Source: Amphiscolops sp. MND2022
Taxonomy: Eukaryota
Length of the DNA stretch: 64,000 nucleotides
Assembly (NCBI GenBank): GCA_964187785.1
Contig: OZ076413.1
Span: 41,790,001 to 41,854,000, forward strand
Direction: 5' to 3'
The notes beneath the pieces are model-generated. The model worked only from the letters and a program-made list of their open reading frames with translations. It did no database searches and was not told where the DNA came from. The translations under genes were made by a program, and so were the position numbers. This document shows positions 38,934-52,492 of this stretch, piece by piece. Each line of letters starts with the position of its first letter. Within the stretch, counting starts at the first letter, position 1.

Positions 38934-40269
38934 AGCAATAAGATCGAGTATCTTAACAGAGTACATGCCGTCCGCAGAGATCTGGCATTGGTTAATTTTA
39001 TCTCGGTCCAATCTTGCAATTTGAGATGTCTGTTTGTGGGTAACTTGCAATTGTTAGAACTAACAAAGATTGCTTCAGCCATTCAAACTTATTGATAGCC
39101 TCTTACGTTTCCTAAGTGTCGAAACTTAATTAAAAGTTACTGCATCTATTTCGCATGGAGAATGAAGCTGAAGCCAGCAAGTTTTTGCCAAATTATTGCT
39201 CATCATTATTTAGACCGATCCTCAAACAACGTACTCGTAGTATGAGAATCTTGAGAGCACAAACTTCCCAGACCAGTTCATCACACGAAGCACGCTCCAA
39301 AATATGACATTTTTTTGACATTTTTCTTATTTCTACCTATTTTCGAGATTTATTCATTTTTCAAACTTTTTTCCATGTTTCCATGAACGAACTATTCATT
39401 GTAAATTTTTTGATACAATCGGCCCAGAAAAAAAAACATAATTTAGCATATTGTTACACACAACATATCTCTTGAAAACTCAGTTCTAAATCTTGGATCT
39501 ACACAAAAAAAATCGGTCTTTATCAGGCTTGGCATGTAAAAGAAATGTTCATTAGAGACAGAAAAAAATCGGGAACATAATGGAACAGTTTGTTTTAATT
39601 TGATTCTATTCCCATACATGACTTAGAAATTTCACATCAAAAACACGAAAATCTGCAGGGGAAAAATTTAGTTTTAGGAAAACATTATGGTGCCAAAAGT
39701 TGAAGACATTTCATCAGAGACCAGAACTTAGAAAGCGCATTTTAGAACATGCATTTGACAAAAAGTTCAAACACCAAAACTTTCTTTGATCAAAAGTACA
39801 ACCGATTCTTCAGCGGGCGCTTTGATGACCTTGCTGTTAAAAAGCTTGATGAGAAAAAAAACCTGATCGCGTTCGAATCCCGCTCGGATGTAAAAAAAAT
39901 TGAAGCTTTCCGTAGTAATTGCCTTTAAGCTATTCTTCTAGTCTGCTTTATCTGACTTCTTCAGTTGTCAAATTTGATGTTTTCTGTTCTTTCAAAGTCA
40001 ATTTTGAACAGTGAATCTCAGTACTACCGGACATACTCTTTTAGAACGCTCGGTTGTGGCTTCGGCTTTGTTAGGTTTGGAAACCGAAATTGAATTTATT
40101 GCAGCGCCACTGCTATTTCCGTGGTACTTGGTTTTTAAATGTTATTTTAAGATCGTTTATTGAAGAGTTTGATCTTGAAAACTTGAACATCTGGCTAAAC
40201 ATTGCAGCTTTCATAAGTTTAAAGTCGAGTTTCTGCGATGCTTGAATAACTTCCCTAATTAAAAAAACT

Positions 40270-41214
40270 GGTACTCCTGACTAAGTGTGGTCCCTACAAA
40301 ATTTATGCAGCCGGCGTGAGAACTCCTGACTAAGTGTGGTCCCTAGTAAATTTAGAATAGCAACGTAAAGCAAACATTACATGTAGTTCAAAACAGCAGA
40401 ATTCAATTTACTAGCTTTTAGTGCTGTTACAGCCAATATGCATGGAACTTGATTTGAAGAGGTTAGCATATTTGTTGTATGGCTCGGTCGCTTCGCTCCC
40501 TTCGCCAAGTAGCAACATTGAGGCATGGCCATATGGCACGTCGCTCCGCTTCGCTTCGCTCCTGCATTTAGGGCACTAGGGGTACGTGAACATAGCTGAC
40601 TACGATATAATAATTACCCTTGTTGAGCATGCTTTTTACATGTACTTTAATGTTGCCATCAACTTTTATTATTTATATTTTTCTAAATATCTTACGGAAG
40701 CTTTAATGCGTTGTCGCCAACATTTATCAAGCTGCTTTGACGAATCATCAAAGTTTTGGCGGCAATTTTAAGCCTTGAAGTTTTGCCGGTTTCAATATGC
40801 AGCAGCTCTAATTTTAAATGCAGCAGAGACTTCAACAATTTTGCCGCCATTTTAATGCAAATTAACTTCATTCACAATGTAAACAGCAAACTGGCGTCAT
40901 CTTCAGCGTCCTATTTGAGAAGCGGTGATTAAATCAGATGAGTATTTGATAAATCAATGTGTGAATACAACGTGATCGTGTCCGTAAAAGAAGTGTGAAA
41001 TATTTTCAAATTTAATTGCAGTAGTGGAAAATGCAGTGTAATTCTACAAGATTTACCACCGGAACCTTATTGAATTTTCTAGGTTTTATAAAAAATTACC
41101 CTGCATGCAGGCCTGCAGCATGTAAAAAGTTCCAGCAGTCTCAACTAGGGTATTCCGACAAAATATGCAGGGACCACACTTACATTATAGGGACCACACT
41201 TAGTCAGGAGTACC
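40270..41214. mobile_element. Merlin-like MITE (family B), copy 1
   Basis: TIR ggtactcctgactaagtgtggtccct with internal repeats; 8-bp TSD aaaaaact. Confidence 0.85.
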
Positions 41215-43370
41215 AAAAAACTTCCTTAATGTAGTACAAGTAGGAAAGTAAAATTTGACGGCATCTAATTCCACATTTCCATCTATTTTGTACACTGTTT
41301 TAGAGAAAAAGTAACATAGTTTACTTTATTGATTGCCTTGCACGTTTAGAATTTCTCAGAAAAAATATGTGTGCGTTTTCTAAGGTGACAAAAATACCTA
41401 CTGCAGAAATGGTGCTGAAAGTTATTCGGCTTTCAGACATTTCATGACAATGTCTTGGACTAATTCGCTCCACCCTCATCGGCGCCAACTTGTGTTTTCC
41501 GGCAGAAATGGCCTCCTTTTTTCAATAGTTTTTCCCAAAGTTTTGCTTTCCTAGGGAAAAGTTTTACCTGAGAACAAATGCTATCGTGACGAAGTACATG
41601 TACAGTTGGGTCAAGCCAAATTGCAATCTAATTTTGATTTGGCAGTTACTCGGTCAGCTAATTGAAGATCGGTTAGTCAGTTACTAATTTTAATTCTTTC
41701 TCTTCTCAAGAGGATAGTAGCTAGCGTCTATCACGTCCATTCTTGTCAACATTAATGTACAATTAGTACTAAACAATCTGACAGCAGGCAGACTGAGAAA
41801 TATCCAAAAATTAATCATCAGAGAATATTAGGTGTTTCGAGTGGGACCTGCATCGGGTGAACAGAGCGATACGGTAGCTTATGCTTCTTCCGAAAATTAA
41901 ATTTCCTTTTGATTACTTTTGATTTGTATTCTGAATCAGCGTAAAATGTTATTTATTAATTACATCTATAGTAAATAAAATTGGTTGTATGACTCGGCCT
42001 TCTCCCTCGGGGCGCTTCGTGCCCCTCTGGGTCGGCCTTCGTGAATACTAGCTGCTGGACTCGTAGTGGTAGTGGCACGTCGCTCCGCTTCACTTCGCTC
42101 CTGCGTACTCGACACCAGAGGTTTGTGACCATAGCTGATTACGTTATCGATCTGTCTACGTTATCGATACGTTATCGATTGGTCTACTTATATCGTAATC
42201 AGTTAGATATTGCACATTATACATGTTGTTTATTTGATTTAATTCAATTGCATTGCGAATTTCAGACAAATTAAGTCAAGACTTTTGTCTTATTTTAATT
42301 TCCGACATAATGTCACCAAATTCATTTTCGGAACAACGATGTTTGGGAATTATAGAGCAATTCCCTGTAGAATTGGAAAGAAAGAAAGAAAGCTAGTCGC
42401 AATTGAAACCGGTCTCTTCGGTACCCACATCGTTGCTAAACGGGAGACAAGTGTGCCGTCTGTGTGCCTGGCACCTGAATAAATATTTTCAAATCTATGG
42501 GATCAAAAAGTCATCAAAAGTGTGTTGAGTTTTTTGGTAATCGAATTTTCGAAACTAAAAGAATCAAGCGGCGGATTATTGTCCGAAAGCAACGCAAGCT
42601 ATGTCAAATACCTACATCATGATCAATTCAAAAATCCGCCATTTTTTATTGGTCAACAACATCCTCGTCAATTATGTACATGACGTCATTGCTGTAAAAA
42701 AATCATCTTTAAAGAACGTTCGAAACAACCCCTCAAATTTATCTACTCTCTGATTAGTTAACCATTGCTCCTCACTTGTGAGATTATTTGGAATTGTAAT
42801 GCATAAATTATGGCGGAATTCTCTCTCACAAACACACCTAATACAGTAGCTGTCAAAAGAAAAGCATAAATTATGGCGGAATTCACACACACTTAATACA
42901 GTAGCCGTCAAAAGAAAAATAAACTTTAATGGAAATCTTCAGTGCAGGCAGGAATTTTCCATATTTATAAATTTCTTGCAAATGTTTATTCATTTTGACG
43001 ACACAAGATGACCCAGAACCAATAATACTTACTCTTTATTTGTTTATTGGATTTTTATTAAACACTTTTTAATCTGATGGGATTGCTTTCCGTTACTTTA
43101 TCAAACTTTTCGCCACGCTGTTTTCGAACAAAAAAAATCTATATTTACCGGGGCTCAGTTTTATTTTCGGACGTTATGGATCCGTAAATGTGATAATTCA
43201 ATTGCAGCTGTAAGTAAAAGGTGAAGGAAAGCGAATATTCCGTTAAAAGGCAACCACACAGGTGATGTCCTGATAAATGAACATTGTTATATTTATATAT
43301 TAAATTATTGGAGATTGGAGATCACGGGGATAATGCAATAATTCTTAAAAGTATTGTCGTTAAAAAAACT

Positions 43371-43698
43371 GGTACTCCTGACTAAGTGTGGTCCCAAGCG
43401 ATTTCTCCTTACTAAGTGTGGTCCCTATTTTATAAGTGTGGTCCCTGCATAGTTTGTCGGAAATTTTATATTACGTCATCAGCTATGTTCACATACCCCT
43501 AGTGCCCTAAATGCAGGAGCGAAGCGAAGCGGAGCGACGTGCCATGTGGCCATGCCTCAATGTTGCTACTTGGCGAAGGAAGCGAAGCGACCGAGCCATA
43601 CAACAAATATGCTAACCTCTTCTAGGGACCACACTTAGTCAGGAGTTTTCAGGCCGGCTGCATAAGTTTTATAGGGACCACACTTAGTCAGGAGTACC
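43371..43698. mobile_element. Merlin-like MITE (family B), copy 2, opposite orientation
   Basis: Same TIR; 8-bp TSD aaaaaact. Confidence 0.85.
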
Positions 43699-44278
43699 AA
43701 AAAACTAATTACGTCTACGTCTAAAAATCAATAATTTGACTCCCTTTTGTTACGTAAATTCGTTTCTATGATAAAATTACTCATCCCTGGTCTAAAAGAC
43801 TCCAGTTGGAATTTTCCATCTGTCGTGTAAATCTGCGTTGCTTTGGGAGCCAGACCTAAATTGATCAGCGATGGGCGACAATTTGCAATCACGGCTACAT
43901 GACGAAGTTCCCACGGTATTGTGATGGTTCACATGTATTGTATTCATGACCGCGCATTCTTTATTCATGTATTTCAAGTCGAAAAAAATGTTTTGAACTT
44001 TTCAACCCAATTTCTTAATCTGACTTATTGACATACAAATGCATCGTGCAACGCTTTCTCATGTGATTCATCCTTTTTTTGCTTAAGTGTTCAGACGGCA
44101 GAACATTAAGCTCAACAGGCTTTATCGGCTTCGTTTTTGCATTCAAGAGGATTTGATCTTGCTTCTATTTTTACACGTCACCCTATTTTTATGTGCATGC
44201 ATGCATGCATGCATACATTATGCTGAGTTGCAAGTTTAATAGCGATTCTTCTTTACAGAAATCTCAACACTTCATAAC

Positions 44279-44745
44279 CAGGGATGTTGGAAAATTGTGT
44301 GGTACAATAATTGCAATTAAATTGAGTAAAATATTTGGATGACTGTTTTAATGTTTTAAAAATTGCAATTATTGTGGGCTGAAATTTTTTTAAAAAGTAC
44401 ACAATATTTGAACTGAACAACAGCCGTTATTTCTACATCAAATTTGGCGCAGAGATTTTTCAGCTAAACAAGCTATGTTTTCATTGAAAACAGGGAAAGA
44501 CTTTCACATTAACACTGATAGTATCGTTTCTTCGGACTAACAGAAAGCTATGGACAGTAGCAGACGTCCAAAAAACATTTCAATGGAAAAATCCTAGTGG
44601 TTTTGTTTCGTAATCTTTTGTTTTTTTTTCTTATTTACATTTTAACAACAATTGTATTTATTGCAATAATTGTTTTCGTATTTAAAAATTACAAAAAGTG
44701 ATATTCATTACAATTTAATTGTCCTTATATTTTGTAACATCCCTG
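44279..44745. mobile_element. hAT-family MITE
   Basis: TIR cagggatgtt / aacatccctg; TSD ttcataac/gtcataac (7 of 8). Confidence 0.8.
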
Positions 44746-44912
44746 GTCATAACTAACATAACCTCTGATTTTCGAGACCAGTTACTTTTTAAACGAACTT
44801 CCGCTTTTAAACTATACCACAATGTTCATCACTCGTGCCCTTTTCAGATATTTGATTGTTCTTTGTCACCTGACCTCTTTGACCAACAACAAAAAACATT
44901 GGAGAAACAAAC

Positions 44913-47900
44913 ATGAGTAAAGAGTGGGTTCAAGGAATCTGTGGGTGCACCCACAACGTGCCATGGTGCATCATCACAGCTTGCTTCCCCTGTGTGACGT
45001 CATACAGTGTGGCCAACAAAATAGGTGAGCTGCAGCCATCCCATGATCAAAACATTAAAACCTTTCAAAAATCATGCAAAAATCATAACAAATCTCGTCA
45101 AACTGCGACCGAGTTATTCGAAAGCGTCTCACCTTGAATGACCAATCAATAAATGAACTTTAGTGTCTACTAGTAAAAATTGTTGACTTGGCATTCAGAT
45201 TCCAATTAATTAAGTGTGGAAAAGAGCGAAAATGGAACATGTAACTGTACAGTTATAGGTGACGAAACTTATATTTCTCATTTCTACAGGCAAGAAGAAT
45301 TTGGCGATAACGTCTGTGGTAGTGTTCTTAATTCTCTCGACAGCCTCGGCGCTGACAAGTGCTTGCAACCAGAATTCGCCCAAGATACAGGCACGAGTGC
45401 ATTGCCGACCGCCGTTACTGTGATAAACAACTTACGGTATTCCTTACACCAACATAAGAACAACACAATTCGAAACATAAATTACAAACAAATCTTGGAA
45501 AATATTGATCTTAATACTATTAACACTAGAAAATTACGGCTTCCGTCTCAAAATATATTATTGCAGTAATTGCAATAATTTTTGAAAAAAAAACAGCTGG
45601 GAACGGCCCAAGTCGGCACCCCGCTCAAGCTTTAAAAAACAAAGTTTTCTAAATATGCAAAGGAACACCATTGTGAGAATTTTATAAAATATACAGTGCC
45701 GAAAAATACCTGAAGGGATACGCATATGACTCGAAACCCGCCTTTCCCCAACTGGAAAAATCAAAATTATCAGTTTTTTTCGAAACTTTTTTCTTCGGAA
45801 ACAGTGTCATACTGCCGAAAAAGGAGCGTTGGGCTCGCCAAACGCTCCTTCAGGCTGAAAACACTCATTGAACTGAAGGTACACTTTGATCAAATGAAGA
45901 TTTTATTTGAAAAAGTAGTACACTGCCAAAAAACCGTGTCTTTTTCACAATCATTGAGAAAGCTGATCAGTTTCACAAGATCAAAAATTGATCAAAGAGG
46001 TCACTCTCCAGCTCAGAAAAAAGTTTTCTTTTTCAGAAAACTTCAAAGTGCGAAAAATCATGGGACATTTCTCGAAAAAAATTTTCGACTTCTTTTTCAA
46101 TTTTTTTTCGGTGAGTTCATCGGTGAGTCGCATAGTACCGAAAAAGTCTAAAGTGGACCTCTATGCTCGCAAAACGCTTTCTTGCTGCTAAAATTGAGGG
46201 AGGAGTTTTCGGTTTGGAAAAAACTTACCTTCGGTCTCTCCTCTACTACTGCAAGCATTTAAAAAGTTCGGTTTAGTGCGAGACCTGAACCCACATATTT
46301 CTGAACTCGTCTCAGAGCACAGGATTCAGACCACATCTCAGAAATCCGAGTTAACCTCTAGGCCAAGTGGCAGTTAAAACTTACTAAACTAACTAAGGTA
46401 CTCTAAGAATAAGAAAGCTTCTAAAAATCTGTCATTTCGCTGGTCTCAATGATTGTGAAAAAATTGATCGACGTATATAAACAATTGGTATTGGCTATTG
46501 ACGCCATTATGGATCAATCAATAACTACTTGAGGTATTTTCGTCACAGCTATTTATTACCAATAGCGCTGCCAGAATGACTCGGAGGAAACCTGCTGTAA
46601 TAATCGGGCATTCGATGCTTTGTTACTAGCTAAGTACTCGGCGGTACTAGACAGAAAGTGATTTCAAAATATATACGCATTATATATTATTTCGAAATAT
46701 GTATACATTCTGCTTCTGTGGAGCGAGTCTTGTACTATAATAAATTCACTGATGAGGGCTTGGCTTCAAGCAATGACTCAATTAGGGAACTTTTGTTTCT
46801 TTGTTGATTCCACAAAGTTTTGAAATCACTTTTTGTCTAGTACCGCCGAGTACTTAGCTAGTATACTAGCTAAGTACTCGGCGGTACTAGACAAAAAGTG
46901 ATTTCAAAACTTTGTTATAACAAAGCATCGAATGCCCGATTATTACAGCAGGTTTCCTCCGAGCCAAAGCAATAGGTTTTTGCAATTCTTGATAGATTTG
47001 GAAGTTCATCACCGACCGACATCCAAAATTCCGCCACTTTATTTGCTTACATGCAATATATCGTTAGCGTCGTGGCGTTATTGCCCGCTAAAATACGTGG
47101 ATTTACTAGAACAACGCTGATTGGCTAATTACGCTGGAAAAATACGAAATTACTGGCCTAGTTAAACTGCCAGCCTTGATCATCAACGTCTGAAAAAAAT
47201 TAGTTGGTAAATGATACAAAACTGGTTAAAACGATATTTCACATGTAAATTCAGTAGTAAATAATACACATGCATGTAACTACACATCAGTACTAAATTC
47301 ATTTTCATTTCATGTCCAATCGATGAAAAATGAAACTAGGAAGTTTGTCCAACAAAACTGTAGAATGTTTGTTCAATTGATTTTCGAATAAGCTCGTTGA
47401 TAACAGAATTTAGTTTTTACAGAAAATTTAGAATGGTTTGAACCAATAAAAAGTTCACTTTTTTTAGACTATGGTAGCAAATACCCAAGTATGCTGTATA
47501 CTGTATGTATACATTGTGATGTAATCGCCAACATTCAAAATTATTGGTTCCTTGCATGGAAACGTAATGGAAGTAATAATGTCATCGTTCCTTGTACGGA
47601 ATCACATGGAATTTCGCTGTTTATATGGTTACATGCATGGATCCGGGTATGTATTGAAAAAATCTTTTTTATCAAGATTTCAATGTAAAGAATTATATAG
47701 AGAATCAAGATAGTGACAATGCAACTGTGAGTGAAGGCGATGGAACGAGGTGAAGATAGCACTATGTATGAGAGCGACAATTACTTCTATGGGGCAATGT
47801 TTTTCGCGTTTGTGCATCTTGTTGCTCTAATTATCTTCATCATCATTGTGGCTAAGATCCGATCCAATGTCAGAGAGACTTACGACGTCGCGGGTTGGGA

Positions 47901-48343
47901 AAAACTTTTTTATAAAAAAACTTCTGTTTGTTTCTCTCGTTAGTTCTAATCCGACCTTGAAACAATTTAGGCCCAGTACTTCCGGGAAAATGTATATTTC
48001 GTTCTTTATATCTGCATTTTTACGTTAAAATTGGTATTTTTATTTTTAAAAAAAACTGCTTTGGAGTTGCTCGTCTAGTTACGAAGTTATGATGATGACG
48101 CCTGACGTATTTTGAATTCTGATTGGAAGCGAAGTTCTTTTCTTTCGCGCAAATTTTCCGAACGACCCAACTCGTATGACGTCATGTCATGTGACAGGTG
48201 ATTCGATGGCCGACTGTCTGCTGAGTTGCGTCTGCACCGAGTGTGCGTTGTGCCAGATGTACAACCACGTGGACTACGAGCTGACCCAAGGTGGAGCTAC
48301 TCTGGGCGGAGATGACAAAAACGCAAACATTCAGCGAGTCTAG
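44913..48343 (+). CDS. PLAC8/cornifelin-like gene 3 (exon 1 44913-45024; exon ending 47893; last exon 48198-48343; middle uncertain)
   Basis: EWVQGICGC..CIITACFPCV; IRSNVRETYDVAG|DSMADCLLSCVCTECALCQMYNHV. Confidence 0.85.
45592..46440 (-). mobile_element. Helentron/DINE-1-like element (far end approximate)
   Basis: gggaacggcccaagtcggcaccccgctcaag end; body resembles the reverse complement of 19451-20092. Confidence 0.6.
46580..46963. repeat. Nested inverted-repeat (foldback) element with a 104-bp perfect palindrome
   Basis: Outer 46-bp IR ctcggaggaaacctgc...tttgtta; inner palindrome 46812-46915. Confidence 0.9.
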
Positions 48344-51300
48344 AGGGAATCGAACCTCGGACCAACAATTCGCTGAACAAAGAATTGATCCAATGCATGT
48401 ATTGTTCCCTCCTACTCATTAAATCGCAAAAACAAAATGAAACACAGAGTTGACCCTTTAGAATATATTGCCAAAATCTTGACAAGATCTTCCCATGGTA
48501 CCCATGTTACCATGGTAAGATCTTATCAGGACAGACATGTTTCCAAGAAAAGTCTTGAGAAAGCCAAGATGGCAAGAAAACCTCGCCAGATTAGCAAGAA
48601 AAAGTTGCATAAGATTACAAAATTGATAGATATGAGTAAAGAACTGGAATTTGATCCTAAAAGAACTAAAATAATCTCTAAAGTCACCTGAGCAAGATCC
48701 AAGATCACCCGAGTGAGTACATGGAAAAGGATTCAAAATCAAGGGACCAACATCAGTAGTATCTAAAGGATCAATATCTCAACAATAAAGTCAATTTATG
48801 GTACATTGGAAGTTGGAAGCAGTAAAAACTGATAGTACGCCCATTTTGCTGCAGCATTTTTTTGCTGCAACGTTTTTTGGTAAACATTTTTTAACCGAAT
48901 GATCCGAAAGTCCATTATTTAATTAATAGAATTTCGGATCATTCAGCTGAAAAAAGGTTTCCAAAAAACTAGTTTTGCAGCAAAGTGTACTTACTGTCAG
49001 TTTGTCATTATTTGCTTCCACAGAATTTTTTAACCAATGGCTTTGAGTTTGAAAATCGATCAATTGGTACTCATTAATTGCGATTAACTTTTGGGGCGAA
49101 TAACTTGAGGATCCCTGGATTAACCATGGATCACTATTCGCAAATATAAAAATTTATGAAGCTACAAATCCTGACAAAATTTTGTTACTAGAGGAGAACT
49201 TATCATTTGATACTTGTTTCCTTATGGGTGAAAATATACAAAAGTAAAGACGGTTAACGTTCGAAGATAATTTATTTGTTAAATGAAGTAACGAAAAAAG
49301 CATCGAAAAGAAATCTCAAGCTGTAAATATTATGTTGATTTTTAATTCTTCAAAACGGGGGACCAATTTTTGAAGGCTCATCGATTATTTACCCAATTAC
49401 AGATTCTTCGACAAACTGGACACAACAGTTACGCAATTTCCATTTCATTCGTGACGTAATACGCGTAACTTAATATCTGTGGCACAAACTTGAGGTCAAC
49501 TTGATTAATTGATGGGGCTTTTTTATGCTAACTACATTCATTTTCGTTGTGTATTAGTGCTATCATTGCTATAATACTGAAAGAGGAATTAGTTATAGTA
49601 GAATTTTGTATGCATGGTCTTTGGTTCCATTGCAATCAAACTTGCACGGAGAGTTCAATTACACGAAAATGAAGATCGAACCAACCAAATCTCTTCTTCC
49701 ACAAAAACTCAACTCTGGTCACCGAGGATGCAGAAAGTTTAGTCATCTGGGGTGAAAAAAATAGGTTTCAATTTAGCAACAAGTTTCAAGAAAAAACATC
49801 GGGTTATATATGGCTGTTTTTGGAAAAATAGTCTTTTCGGTTAAAAATAATTTTTCGGATGAAATTTCTTTTTTGTTCAAAATCAGAAATGGCGGAATCT
49901 GTTGGTTGCATCCTTGGTTGCATCATGTGAAACTGCAACTGTTTTAGCTATTGAGAAACGTCAGTCTTTTGTTTGTATTTTATTTTGCATTAATTGTACT
50001 GCTAAACATTCGATGTTGCACTGTTGTAAAAACATCTATTCATGCTTTGGTAAGTTATGGCTGTTGAATAAATTCAAAATAGTTTGTTGTTCCTGAGTCC
50101 TAACGAGACTACATTTAGTACCAAATTGCAGCTTATATGATAAAACAAAGAACTCTTCCTCTGTTGTTGATCCTCTGTTTCCAAATTACCGAAATTAACT
50201 GCCCTAATCGAATCTGCCGGAAAGTTTTCCATGCTGCATTGATGCATGCAGGCTAATTTTAAAAAAAACATGGAAAATTCCGGAACCCTATATGGAAAAT
50301 TTTTGTTAAACTTCCAAGCAGTTTATCAGAAGTTCACAGCATATCAACTGCATACGACTGCATCAACTGCATAGGAAGAAACCCAAAACCTCTCAGGTTG
50401 ACACTCTACTTGAGTCTTCAATATTGGAAGGATGAATTTGAAAATATAGGTAAGCAGACTTTTCTGAAGCAACCTTTCCATGAGGTACCTTGCTGAATAT
50501 TCGATTGACCGAAAAAAATGATTCGATTCCGTTAGTTAACTGAGTAAAGCCCATATTGAAAAACGAACTAGTATTGTGCAGTTAATCCGTATTTAAACCG
50601 GTGCATTCGGCAAATCCACATCAATCTACGCGGACAACAGTGATACTTGCTCTACTCGAACATATGTACCCAGAGTCAGCAATCACAACTTTCAGCTACG
50701 TTAGAGTACACTTCCTCCCGCTCAATTTGCGATGCATTGAATAATTCAATTCATACAATTTTGAAATATCAAACTTAATCACTCATCCAATATTGCGTCT
50801 CTCATGATTCTCAGTTTATACTGACAAAAAACCTGATATGTATAAAAAAAAGCAAACACTTGCTAAACTTTGCTCATTAAAATCCCTATTTAATGTAACG
50901 GCAACTGCTGATGTCAACGATTTTCGATGATTTTCAACAAAGTACCAAAATTTCGTTCAAATCTGACGTGGCAGCTGAACATGTTTGCGGTCAAAGACCT
51001 GCCAGAAAACAGCCTCAGAAGTGACGAGACGCCACCCGCGAGAACGAAAAAAGCAATATCAGCAGCTAGTGCAGCTATTCTGACGTTTTTTCACGGAACT
51101 GTGCCTATCTCCGACAAGATTTCTCTACTTTTGTAGCAGAAACCCGTGAATCAAGATGTCTGCCTGAAGATCCCTGTGGTGTTCTGTGGTGACCAGCTCG
51201 AGCGCTGGGTATCCTTTTGATCCTATTTTTCCAAGGAAAACGGACTCAAACTGGTATATTTGATGTATTGGTTGCAGTTTAGATTGATATGCTCGAAAGC

Positions 51301-51983
51301 TTTCTAAATACCATCTGTACTACTGTTCTTTATTGGCGATTTATCAGATTTCCCTAAACTATGGCTTAACTCTAGTTCAGTTTTTCGGCCCCCTTTTTAG
51401 AGGCTAATTAAGCAGTGGTCTTTAGTCCAAGGAAGATGCCTGTTATTTTAGCAATTACAGACTAGGACCAGGCCAGAGAGCGTCCAACAAAACGGTTCCC
51501 CCACCATGGGACTGGCTCCCTTGGAGGGAAAATGAGCTAGGGCTGTGGAGATCTAAGTCCCGCATCACATTCACTGTTCTAGTTCCTCCACTTCTAAGTC
51601 CCGGTTAAGCGCCAGCGCTTGTCGTTGCATAACAGCAGAAAGACAAATCTTCAAAGCGGGTATACTTGTTGAAAAAAATTAATCAGCTATGCTCGAGCCT
51701 TGAAAAACTGATTCGGCGCACGGCAACCAATCAATTGGAACGCGTATCAGAGAATTATCAAGAATTTTTTGGGATTTTATCTCGAAGATTTTATCGAGTA
51801 ATCAGGTAAAATCGATACGCTTTCGATAGAACTTTTAATCTAGAAACAGCATTTATTAAAATCAATGGAAAACTGGCCTATATCATGTTAAAATATTCCG
51901 ATTGAAGTTTGAAGGCACTATTATTCATTTTACAGGAAAAAAGCAAAAAGTAGGGAAAGCTCCCCAATTAAGATGGTTTGTTT

Positions 51984-52492
51984 TGTAGTCGGCGCTTTTC
52001 TAGTGAAAAGTGCCCGACTCTTACAGTGGCTAGTTTCTTTTATTTATTTTTTTTTCGTCAGACCACAGACCTCATCGCGTATGTACCACTTTTTACAGAA
52101 ACTGATAAAACTACTCAGACTACTCAGGCCAAGTCCGGCCAATGCAAACTTAGTGCAAAGGGTCCCCCTTTTCATTTTAAACCTTTTTTTACGTAACCTA
52201 CAAAACCAGAAGAGACTAAAGGGTCTCCCCTTTCAATTTTTTTTGGCACTGTGCGATTTTTTTCGAAAATTTTTTAATGTCTCAAAAGAGGCCCCCTTTC
52301 AAGTTTTTTGATAATTTGCAACAGAATTAATGTTAATAAAGCCCAAAGGGTCCCCCCTTTCTCATTTCTCGGCACTATGCGAAATTCTCCGAAAGAAAAA
52401 AAATCAAAAATTTCAAGTTTTTTTTGAAAAAAAGTCTGTTGCGCTTTTTGAGCCTTAGATATAGCGCCGACTTTAGACGTTCCCGTCTTGTT
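51984..52492 (+). mobile_element. Helentron/DINE-1-like element
   Basis: agtcggcgcttttctagtgaaaagtgcccgact ... gcgccgactttagacgttcccgtcttgtt. Confidence 0.78.
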
